Positions 21,096 through 29,261 of a stretch of DNA of 64,000 nucleotides are shown here, in pieces. Made by a program: the position numbers and the translations under genes. Position 1 is the stretch's first letter, and each line of letters starts with the position of its first letter. Source of the stretch: Leptonemataceae bacterium (GTDB lineage: Bacteria; Spirochaetota; Leptospiria; Leptospirales; Leptonemataceae); NCBI GenBank assembly GCA_965207725.1, contig OZ242290.1, positions 861,025 to 925,024 of the forward strand, in the 5' to 3' direction. The notes beneath the pieces are model-generated. The model had not been told where the DNA came from. It ran no database searches and was given only the letters and a program-made list of their open reading frames with translations.

Positions 21096-22721
21096 ATGCA
21101 TAAGTTCACATTTGTGATATCCGTCTTGTTGGTAACGAATTTTTTTTTCTATAATCTGCAAGGACAAGAGGTCTATCCTTTAAATTGGGGGGGGGATGAC
21201 TATGCACCTCATGTTTTCCCCGATGGTAAGACTTTAATTTTTCAATCCAAGAGAAATGCCCCTCGTGCACATTCCAATTTTTGGGTGAGCCGTCTCAATT
21301 CTAAAGGTAGTTGGAGCAAGCGTGAATTTCCGCTTTTTTTCGCCGCAAATAAAAAAACTTCTGTCTTGAATACTGACGGCTTTGAGGGTGGACTGACAAT
21401 TTATTATCAGGACAATCAACCGCAAGAAATTTATTTTACTTCGGTCGCTAATGAAAAGACTGGACGTTCGGGGTCTGCTGGCCTGAATATCTATTATACA
21501 CGCAAAGAAATCGAGGGTAAAATGTGGACAATCAGTGAACAGGTGACAGTACTCAGTAGTGATTTTAATGAAGGATCTCCTGCCATCTCGAGTGATGGCA
21601 GGGCGTTGATTTTTTCTTCGGATCGCCCCGGTTCGTACGGCAATGCAGATATCTGGATAGCCTACCGCAAATCGGCAAGCGATGGTCTGTCTTGGTCCAC
21701 GCCGATCAATCTTGGAAAAAACATCAATACCACTGCGAATGAGATTTCACCAACGATTTCAGCGGACGGTAAGGTGTTGTTTTTCAGTTCAGATCGGAGC
21801 GATGGTTTTGGTGGATATGATCTTTATTATTCAAGAGCGAATCAGAAGCAGTCTCCAGACGAGTTGAGCCGGGCTTGGCAAACCGTCTATCCACTACCTT
21901 TCCCCTACAATAGTTCAAGCAACGATGAGGCACCGAATGTCAATGATGGTGAAAATATTTATTTTAGTAGCGATCGTTTGGTCTATAAAGGAGCAGGGCA
22001 AGGTTTTTTTAATCTTTATCGCATGCCTATTCTTACCGCCCTTGCCTCGACTAAGCAACGTCAAGTCACTTTTCGCGTGGTTGAGAAAAAGGGCAAGGAA
22101 ACCCGAGATATCGCGGCGATCATCGAAATCCAAGGCAAGAATACTCGCAGTCTCTTTTATAGTGGGAATGCTCCACGTCAAATTATGCCGCTTTTACAAC
22201 AAGTCTACCAATTGCGTATTGTCGCGCGCGGCTACCAAACGAGTGAGCAGACTTTGGATCTACGCAAAGAAAAACAGTCCTCAGCAGGGCGCAAAGATCC
22301 GCTCGAGAAAATATATGTTCTTCAACCAATCGGCAATATCGATCTTTCGCAGCAATGCGAACTTCAGGAGCTTGCTTGTCTGCAGGAATTACGCATTTTC
22401 TTTGATCTTAATCAAAAAAAAATCAAACCGCTCTATCGGCAGAAAATTCTCTTGGTTGCTGATATTTTAAAACTTTTCCCGCTTGAGCGGATTCGTATTC
22501 TTGGGCATACTGATACTAGCGGCGAGGAAAACTATAACCTTCAGCTTTCCAAGCAACGAGCCCAGCAAGTGAAAGCTACCTTAGTGAAATTAGGAATTGC
22601 CTCCAGTCGCTTAGATGTGGTTGGTTTAGGGTCACGGCAGCCGCCACTCGATCAAGCGGAGAAAGACAAGGCTCAATTTCAACGACGGGTGAACTTTGCA
22701 ATCATTAGCACACCTCGTTAG
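21096..22721 (+). CDS. OmpA-family protein with N-terminal TolB-like PD40 beta-propeller repeats
   Basis: Signal peptide, then repeated SxDG...SSDR PD40 units, then a C-terminal OmpA_C domain (LGHTDTSGEENYNLQLSKQRAQQV...RRVNF). Confidence 0.8.
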   Translation: MHKFTFVISVLLVTNFFFYNLQGQEVYPLNWGGDDYAPHVFPDGKTLIFQSKRNAPRAHSNFWVSRLNSKGSWSKREFPLFFAANKKTSVLNTDGFEGGLTIYYQDNQPQEIYFTSVANEKTGRSGSAGLNIYYTRKEIEGKMWTISEQVTVLSSDFNEGSPAISSDGRALIFSSDRPGSYGNADIWIAYRKSASDGLSWSTPINLGKNINTTANEISPTISADGKVLFFSSDRSDGFGGYDLYYSRANQKQSPDELSRAWQTVYPLPFPYNSSSNDEAPNVNDGENIYFSSDRLVYKGAGQGFFNLYRMPILTALASTKQRQVTFRVVEKKGKETRDIAAIIEIQGKNTRSLFYSGNAPRQIMPLLQQVYQLRIVARGYQTSEQTLDLRKEKQSSAGRKDPLEKIYVLQPIGNIDLSQQCELQELACLQELRIFFDLNQKKIKPLYRQKILLVADILKLFPLERIRILGHTDTSGEENYNLQLSKQRAQQVKATLVKLGIASSRLDVVGLGSRQPPLDQAEKDKAQFQRRVNFAIISTPR

Positions 22722-22791
22722 TCTAGTCTACCTTTTAACTACTAGATAGGATAATTGGCTAGCCATAGGGAAGATTGTTGGAACTAGAATA

Positions 22792-24138
22792 ATGAAGATG
22801 CAAAGGTACATTGGCACGCGCGACTTTTATCCAGCGACCATGAAGTTTAGAAATTGGCTGTTTGCAAAACAGCGGCAGGTTTGTGAGTCTTTTGGTTATC
22901 AAGAATATGGTGCGCCTGTTGTTGAATACATGGAAATCTATCGCAATAAAACATCCAATGAAATTGTCAATGAGCAAATCTATAATTTTTTTGATCGAAA
23001 AAATCGAGAAATTGCGATTCGCCCAGAAATGACTCCTACACTAGCTCGCATGGCTATGGCGAAGATCCGTCAGTTTCCCGTACCTTTGCGCTGGTATAGT
23101 ATCGCAAATTTTATGCGCTATGAACGTCCCGGACATAACCGTCTGCGTGAATTCTATCAGTTGAATGTGGATTTGATTGGCTTGCAGGAGACATGGGTAG
23201 ATTTAGAAATTATTCGCTTGGCAATTGCGATTCTTCAGGGTTATCAGGCACAAGCCGGTCAATTTATTTTATATTATTCTGATCGTAGATTGATTTATTC
23301 AATGCTTTCAAACAAAAATGATAAGAATGAAGTAATGCGCCTGCTAGACAAAAAGGATAAAATGTCTAGTCAGAAATTTCAAGAAAACTTAAAATTACTC
23401 GTGCCAGATAATCAAGAACGAGAGAAATTACAGAAAATTATTGCGAGCAAAAATCCGCTGGAGGAACTTTCGTCATGTGAAAACCATGAGAATGCCAATA
23501 TCATCGCTGAGATTCGTTGTCTTGCGCAAGGATTGACAGAATTTGGTCTGGCGGATTGCTGTCATTTTAACCCTAGTTTGGCGCGAGGTTTTGATTATTA
23601 TACCGGTATGGTTTTCGAAGTCTTTGATTGCCACCCTCAGAATCGTCGCTCGATTTTTGGCGGTGGTCGCTATGATTCTTTGCTGACAAAATACAGCAGC
23701 GATCAAAAGAATGCCCCTTTGGTGCCAGCAGTGGGTTTTGGGCTAGGTGATATTCCTCTAGAGAGTTTTCTTAATTCTCATTCACTCAATCCTTTTTTTA
23801 GTCCAGTTTCTGCGACGAAAGATCGCTCCAAATTAGCGGGGGAATATGAATTTACTAGCAGAAGCTGTATGATCGTGTGCACTCAACCAAAAAAACTCTG
23901 GCAAAATGTTGTCTTGGCTCAACGCTTGCGTAAGATGGGATGGATTGTCGAGGAGAGTTGTGGTGATAAATTGAGTAGACAGATTAAAATAGCTGTACAA
24001 AAAAAACATGAATATGTATTGATTTTAGATCAGTATGAGCAAAGAGAAGGTGAAATTATTGTGAGAAATCTAAAAACCTCGCAACAATTTAATGCGACAA
24101 TTCAACAAGCGATGAGTGCTCTTAAAAAATGCTTGTAG
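22792..24138 (+). CDS. hisS: histidine--tRNA ligase
   Basis: Class II motifs GTRDFYP, IRPEMTPTLAR and FGGGRYDSL, plus a C-terminal anticodon-binding domain. That domain argues for HisS and against the HisZ paralogue. Confidence 0.75.
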   Translation: MKMQRYIGTRDFYPATMKFRNWLFAKQRQVCESFGYQEYGAPVVEYMEIYRNKTSNEIVNEQIYNFFDRKNREIAIRPEMTPTLARMAMAKIRQFPVPLRWYSIANFMRYERPGHNRLREFYQLNVDLIGLQETWVDLEIIRLAIAILQGYQAQAGQFILYYSDRRLIYSMLSNKNDKNEVMRLLDKKDKMSSQKFQENLKLLVPDNQEREKLQKIIASKNPLEELSSCENHENANIIAEIRCLAQGLTEFGLADCCHFNPSLARGFDYYTGMVFEVFDCHPQNRRSIFGGGRYDSLLTKYSSDQKNAPLVPAVGFGLGDIPLESFLNSHSLNPFFSPVSATKDRSKLAGEYEFTSRSCMIVCTQPKKLWQNVVLAQRLRKMGWIVEESCGDKLSRQIKIAVQKKHEYVLILDQYEQREGEIIVRNLKTSQQFNATIQQAMSALKKCL

Positions 24139-24197
24139 AAGATCGGTTGACTGATAGTTAAGGAAAGCAGGAGAGAGAGGGAAAAAGAAAGAAAGAA

Positions 24198-25409
24198 GTG
24201 AGCTTGCGATACGAGATTACATTGATTGATAGTCAACCGGTCAACACTACTGGAAAAATTGAAACCACCAAGGCATCCGTCGGGCAGCCAAAAAAAATCA
24301 ACATTAAGCTCCTTGGAATATTGCAGAGGAGTGAGATTTCTAGCCTGTGGGCTACAACCAAAAAATACTTTGATAAGCATACCAAGGAATCGGAGAAGAT
24401 TTTGGCTTGGGAAATTGATTGTGAGGGGCTTAAAGAAATCGATAGCTTTGGTGTCGCCTATTTTCTGGAATGTGAGAGGTTAGCAAAGAAAAGGAGCCTA
24501 CCTTTTTCCATCTCTCATTTAACTACAGTCGTCCAAGAGAAAATAACCTACTATAAGACAAGAAAAAAGGAAAGTCTTGATGTGCAGAGTTACTCATCAA
24601 CCACCTTGTCAGCGTTGATTGAAATTCCCACAGGCTTGGGAAGATTTTTTTATCATTGGTCTGCACATGTATTGGCAAGAATCTCTTTTTTGGGTGAGGT
24701 GATACAATCGATTGGCTATGTCCTCCGCCACCCGCGTTTTTTTCGCAAACAGGATTTCCTTGCAGTTATGCAGCAGATGGGAGTGACTGGACTCTTCATT
24801 ATTTTGATTATTGGGATGATGGTTGGGGTTGTGCTTAGTTTCCAGACTATGGTTGCTCTGCGAAACTTTGGTTCTGATGTATTCGTGGTAAATGCCGTTT
24901 CCATTGCAATTTTTCGTGGCTTTGGTCCGTTTGTCACTGCAGTTATAGTAGCTGGTCGAACAGGATCAAGCTTTGCCGCCGAGCTTGGCGCAATGAAAAA
25001 AAATGAGGAAATCTATGCCTTGAAAACTATGGGAATTAATCCTACGGTTTTTTTGGTCATTCCTCGTCTTCTTGCCATGACGATCGTGACCCCTTTACTC
25101 AATATCTTTTTTGTCGCTAGCTCGATGGTTGGCACCGCTCTGGTGGTTGTGTCTTCGGGGATGCCTGTTTCAATTTTTCTGATTCAGCTCCAAGAGGCGA
25201 TTGGCTTGAGTAGTGTTTTGATCACAATGATTAAGCCGATTTTTTTTGGTACCTTAATCGCTTTTGTTGGCTGTTATCGCGGCCTCTATTCAGCTAGTGA
25301 TTCACGGGCAATTGGTAAGGCCACTACTGCTTCGATGGTCGATAGTTTGATTGGAATTATTTTTTTAGACGGTATTTATTCTGTATTTATTTATGTCTTT
25401 GAACTTTGA
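24198..25409 (+). CDS. mlaE: MlaE-type ABC permease fused to an N-terminal STAS (MlaB-like) domain
   Basis: Residues 1-120 look like a STAS anti-sigma-antagonist fold (ILAWEIDCEGLKEIDSFGVAYFLECERLA...LPFSISHL). The remainder is a canonical MlaE permease (GPFVTAVIVAGRTGSSFAAELGAMKKNEEIYALKTMGINP). Confidence 0.8.
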   Translation: MSLRYEITLIDSQPVNTTGKIETTKASVGQPKKINIKLLGILQRSEISSLWATTKKYFDKHTKESEKILAWEIDCEGLKEIDSFGVAYFLECERLAKKRSLPFSISHLTTVVQEKITYYKTRKKESLDVQSYSSTTLSALIEIPTGLGRFFYHWSAHVLARISFLGEVIQSIGYVLRHPRFFRKQDFLAVMQQMGVTGLFIILIIGMMVGVVLSFQTMVALRNFGSDVFVVNAVSIAIFRGFGPFVTAVIVAGRTGSSFAAELGAMKKNEEIYALKTMGINPTVFLVIPRLLAMTIVTPLLNIFFVASSMVGTALVVVSSGMPVSIFLIQLQEAIGLSSVLITMIKPIFFGTLIAFVGCYRGLYSASDSRAIGKATTASMVDSLIGIIFLDGIYSVFIYVFEL

Positions 25410-26211
25410 GTTAAATGTGAAAGATTTGCAATTAAAAGATGATTTGCCGTCAAAGGGAAAACAAGAAAAACAGCCGTCTCCTATTCTCTCAGTAAAAAAT
25501 CTTTCGGTTGGTCACAATCCAGATCAGATTCTCTTAGAGAATATCAATTTTGAAATATATAGCGGCGAGATTTTTATGATTGTCGGAGGATCAGGGGTCG
25601 GCAAGACCACTCTTTTACACAATTTGATTGGCTTGCTTCCACCACAGAGAGGAGAGGTGAGACTTTTCGATACGAATCTCTTTGAAATAGATGAGGCAGA
25701 AAAAAATAAGATACTGCAATCGATCGGTGTGACATATCAACAGGGGGCTTTGTTCAGCTCTTTAACGGTTTATGAGAATTTAGCGTTAACTCTGCGAGAA
25801 TTCTCAGATCTACCAGAAAATATGATCCGGCGAGTCTGCAACATGAAATTAAAATTGGTATCACTAGAGGGCTTCGCTGATTTTTTACCCGATCAATTGA
25901 GTGGCGGGATGGTCAAGCGGGTAGCAATCGCTCGTGCTCTCATAACAGATCCAAAAATTATTTTTTTTGATGAACCAGGATCGGGGTTGGATCCTGTTTT
26001 AGTGAGCGAGCTTGACGATCTGATCTTGGATTTATCAAAGAATATTGGGATTACTTTTGTCATTGTTAGTCATGATCTCAGAAGTGTTTTTCATATTGCG
26101 GATCGTGTCGCTGTATTGGATAAATCAGCGAAAGGAACTTCCTTTATTGGTGCTCCTCGAGATTCAGAACAATTAAAGAAGAGTCTTAAAAAATTAACAA
26201 TTATTGATTAG
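25393..26211 (+). CDS. mlaF: MlaF-type ABC transporter ATP-binding protein
   Basis: Walker A GGSGVGKTT, ABC signature LSGGMVKRVAIARAL and Walker B IIFFDEPGSGLD. It overlaps mlaE by 17 nt. Confidence 0.85.
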   Translation: MSLNFELNVKDLQLKDDLPSKGKQEKQPSPILSVKNLSVGHNPDQILLENINFEIYSGEIFMIVGGSGVGKTTLLHNLIGLLPPQRGEVRLFDTNLFEIDEAEKNKILQSIGVTYQQGALFSSLTVYENLALTLREFSDLPENMIRRVCNMKLKLVSLEGFADFLPDQLSGGMVKRVAIARALITDPKIIFFDEPGSGLDPVLVSELDDLILDLSKNIGITFVIVSHDLRSVFHIADRVAVLDKSAKGTSFIGAPRDSEQLKKSLKKLTIID

Positions 26212-26353
26212 ATTTTCCCACGCATCTTTCTGCAAGAAATTATCTCAATTTTTTTGCCCGGCATTTTCCTCCCTTTCCCGTGAGAGGCAAAAAATATGAG
26301 CTACTGATAATCGGCTCTTGTGAGTCAAGCAAGCTAGATAATCTGCTAGTCTT

Positions 26354-26385
26354 ATGACGACTGGGGTTGCTCGTCATTTTTTTTA
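26354..26385 (+). terminator. intrinsic terminator-like hairpin in the mlaF-mlaD gap
   Basis: A 7-bp stem ATGACGA/TCGTCAT with a 10-nt loop (CTGGGGTTGC), followed by T8 (26378-26385). Confidence 0.45.
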
Positions 26386-26499
26386 TGCCTGCCAGATTGT
26401 TGAATTCAAGAAAAATTTAATTATTTTTTTTAAAAAGAGTGGCAAAAATCAGCAATTTATCGATAATAGGCGAGTAATAGGTAACTATACGGATTCATC

Positions 26500-27318
26500 A
26501 TGAAAAAAAAGAGACATTTATTGTTAGGGAGCGTTTTATTAGCATCATTTATTATCGGGATTACCGCAATCATATTCTTTGGTAGCAATAAATTATTGCG
26601 ACTGGGCTATAACGTCGAAACTTATTTTGATGAGTCAGTGCAGGGAATCGAAGTCGGGACAATTGTCAAGCATCGTGGCGTGCGGGTTGGTGTCGTCGAT
26701 AAAATAGCTTTTGTTGGTGAAGAATATCCACAGGCCAATGAAAAATGGAAGCGGCAAGTGTTGATTCGATTTAAAATTGACCATTTGGATACGATGAGTA
26801 GTTCTTTACTGCGTACATTAATTGATGAAGGGTTACGGACAAAAATAATGCCCCAGGGAATTACCGGTATCTCCTATATAGACTTGGATTATGAGAGTGC
26901 GGCTCATATAAAATCTGAGGAACCTTTGAACTGGCAACCGAAGTACATCTATATTCCCTCTACTCCTAGTTTTCTGAATGCGATTAGTAGTACGATCAGC
27001 AAGCTGAGCCAAGATATTAATGAAGCACATTTGGAGCGAACTTTTGCTGATCTAAATCGGATTTTGAAAAGGATAAGAATTGAGCTAGGGAAAAGCAAAA
27101 TCAGTGATACAGTCAATAACATAAACGGGTTAGTCAGTGATGTTCGGCAAACAAATGACTTGATCCAGACGATCTTAATCGATAATAAAGCATCCTTTCG
27201 ACAAACGGTGCGGAACCTGAATAAAATTAGTAAAAATCTAGGAGAAGTTTCAGAGAAAGCCACGAAATACCCATCGTATATCCTTTTTGGCGATCCTCCA
27301 CCTAGAAGCAAACGCTAG
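26500..27318 (+). CDS. mlaD: MlaD-like MCE-domain protein
   Basis: N-terminal TM anchor, then an MCE domain (YNVETYFDESVQGIEVGTIVKHRGVRVGVVDKI), with good spacing from an upstream RBS. Confidence 0.8.
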   Translation: MKKKRHLLLGSVLLASFIIGITAIIFFGSNKLLRLGYNVETYFDESVQGIEVGTIVKHRGVRVGVVDKIAFVGEEYPQANEKWKRQVLIRFKIDHLDTMSSSLLRTLIDEGLRTKIMPQGITGISYIDLDYESAAHIKSEEPLNWQPKYIYIPSTPSFLNAISSTISKLSQDINEAHLERTFADLNRILKRIRIELGKSKISDTVNNINGLVSDVRQTNDLIQTILIDNKASFRQTVRNLNKISKNLGEVSEKATKYPSYILFGDPPPRSKR

Positions 27319-27342
27319 TTTATTGGGTAGAGAAGAGAAAAA

Positions 27343-27984
27343 ATGAAAAATAGAGAGTCGTTTCCATATAATTTTTTGGGATTTATTGTAATTTTCTTTA
27401 TGATTTCTGCTTGTAATCTTAATAAAAAACCGATTGAAAAAGACACCTATGTCCTTATGGTCAACAATCCAAGAAAAGGTTCTCAAGTATCGCCACCGAG
27501 ATTTACAGGTAACCTAAAAATTCGAGAAATTGTCATTGTGTCGGCGTATAATCAGCGGAGCTTAACCTATCGCCTAGGGGATAATAGATTTAAAACGGAC
27601 TTTTATAACGAGTATCTCATCGATCCAGAAGATATGTTTGCCGATCAATTGAGGCAATGGTTTACCGACAGTGGGCTTTTTAGTAAAGTCGAATTTTATC
27701 GGGGAAGCACTGGGACATGTTATTACTTGGATGCTCTGATCGAAGCTTTTTATTATGATTTGCGAGAGAAAAACAATCAGCGAGCAGTTTTGAAAATAGC
27801 GATAACACTTGATCAGCCGTCAAAAAAGCCCTTGTATTACCGAAATTTTGACAAACAGATGATATTAAAGAATGATAAGATCAGTAGTTTAATTATTGCT
27901 CAGAATCAATTATTAGGGGAAATTTTAGTGAGCATGGAAAAAGATCTCAGAGAACTTTCGGTTCAACCGTGTATTTCACTATAG
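27343..27984 (+). CDS. ABC-transport auxiliary lipoprotein (DUF330, PqiC/YmbA-like)
   Basis: Lipobox FMISAC. Size and sequence pattern match the DUF330 lipoproteins that follow MCE genes. Confidence 0.55.
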   Translation: MKNRESFPYNFLGFIVIFFMISACNLNKKPIEKDTYVLMVNNPRKGSQVSPPRFTGNLKIREIVIVSAYNQRSLTYRLGDNRFKTDFYNEYLIDPEDMFADQLRQWFTDSGLFSKVEFYRGSTGTCYYLDALIEAFYYDLREKNNQRAVLKIAITLDQPSKKPLYYRNFDKQMILKNDKISSLIIAQNQLLGEILVSMEKDLRELSVQPCISL

Positions 27985-27990
27985 AGATTC

Positions 27991-28752
27991 GTGTTGACCA
28001 AGAGGATTATTCCTTGTCTGGATATTTTGGCCGGACAAGTGGTCAAAGGAACTCATTTTAAACATTTACGAAAAATGGGTGAACCATTGCCGCTGGCTGC
28101 ACGTTATCAAAAAGAAGGCGCCGATGAACTTTGTTTTTTGGATATCAATGCCAGTCATGAGAAGAGAAAAATCTTTTTAAAATTAGTCGAAGAAATTGGC
28201 CGAACAATTTTTATCCCTTTTACTGTTGGCGGCGGACTGAGCGACTTTCAGGCCTTGGAGGATGTCCTCTTGAGTGGGGCGGATAAATTTTCTATCAATA
28301 CTGCAGCTGTCAATAATCCACAATTAATTGAAAAAGCAGCGAAAACATTTGGTTCTCAGTGTGTCGTCGTCGCCATCGATGCGAAATTCAATCATTCTAA
28401 ACAAGATTACGAAGTTTTTTTATTTGGCGGTCGTAAGCCAAGTGGAATTTTTGTGCGAGAATGGATTCATCAGATCGAAGACTTGGGTGCTGGGGAAATT
28501 CTGTTAACGAGTATGGATCGTGATGGTACCAAACTAGGATATGATCTTAAATTACTGGCAACGGCATGTAGTAGCTGCAAACTACCGGTGATTGCTTCAG
28601 GTGGAGTAGGTAATGTCGATCATGTGATCCAAGCAATGAAACAGAGTGAGGCACAAGCCTTTTTAGCTGCGAGTATTTTCCACCAAAAGAAGGTTACCAT
28701 TCGTCAGTTGAAAGAAAAAGTAAGAAGTGAGAAAATTCCAATCCGATTATAG
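27991..28752 (+). CDS. hisF: imidazole glycerol phosphate synthase, cyclase subunit
   Basis: HisF motifs KRIIPCLDI, GADELCFLDI, PFTVGGG and VIASGG; 253 aa. Confidence 0.9.
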   Translation: MLTKRIIPCLDILAGQVVKGTHFKHLRKMGEPLPLAARYQKEGADELCFLDINASHEKRKIFLKLVEEIGRTIFIPFTVGGGLSDFQALEDVLLSGADKFSINTAAVNNPQLIEKAAKTFGSQCVVVAIDAKFNHSKQDYEVFLFGGRKPSGIFVREWIHQIEDLGAGEILLTSMDRDGTKLGYDLKLLATACSSCKLPVIASGGVGNVDHVIQAMKQSEAQAFLAASIFHQKKVTIRQLKEKVRSEKIPIRL

Positions 28753-28756
28753 CAAC

Positions 28757-29176
28757 ATGATAAAAGGGGAACATCAGCGAGAATACTCAAGCCAGCAGAT
28801 TATCTTTGAGATAGAAGATTTACTGATAAAAAAGAGAAAAAAAATCAGCAACAGTCTGCAAGATAATCAGAAATCAGGAGTCGATGCCAGAGTATCTTAC
28901 ACGAATAATCTATTGCAGCAATTTTTTCAAGAGAAGCCAGAAGCTTTGCTCAAAAAAATCAATGAGGAAGCAGGGGAGACGGTCATGGCCATTTTGAAGA
29001 AGAGCATCGAGCGAAATAACAAAGAAAAAGAAAAAGGGAAAGAAGATGCTCGTCTGCGGCACGAAGTTATCCATGAGGCTGCAGATTTAATTTTTCATCT
29101 ATTATTGGCACTGGTGGCAAGTGATATTAAATGGCACAGCGTGTTAGATGAATTGAAAGCACGAAGACATCCTTAG
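28757..29176 (+). CDS. hisE: phosphoribosyl-ATP pyrophosphatase
   Basis: MazG-like HisE signature EEAGETVMA...HEAADLIFHLLLAL...VLDELKARR. The start is placed at the ATG (28757) just after the hisF stop; the ORF-track start at 28727 would overlap hisF. Confidence 0.75.
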   Translation: MIKGEHQREYSSQQIIFEIEDLLIKKRKKISNSLQDNQKSGVDARVSYTNNLLQQFFQEKPEALLKKINEEAGETVMAILKKSIERNNKEKEKGKEDARLRHEVIHEAADLIFHLLLALVASDIKWHSVLDELKARRHP

Positions 29177-29261
29177 TGAGCTATGCTTTTTTCTAGGGTA
29201 ATACTTTTTTTCTTTCTGTTGCCAAACAGATAATGGCTTAGGCTTCGGGGAATTTGCTTCT

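Noticed and set aside
21925-22470. 181-aa plus-strand ORF
   Set aside because: It is an alternative frame inside the OmpA/PD40 gene. The ORFs at 21234..21425 and 21915..22181 in the same area are rejected for the same reason.
28727-28756. Upstream start for hisE
   Set aside because: This start would overlap the hisF 3' end by 26 nt. An ATG at 28757 immediately follows the hisF stop and still contains the whole HisE domain.
29101-29120. Second TGGCAC-containing sequence (TTGGCACTGGTGGCAAG) as a sigma54 site
   Set aside because: The downstream element is GGCAA, not TTGCW, at the correct spacing. It also lies inside the hisE coding region.
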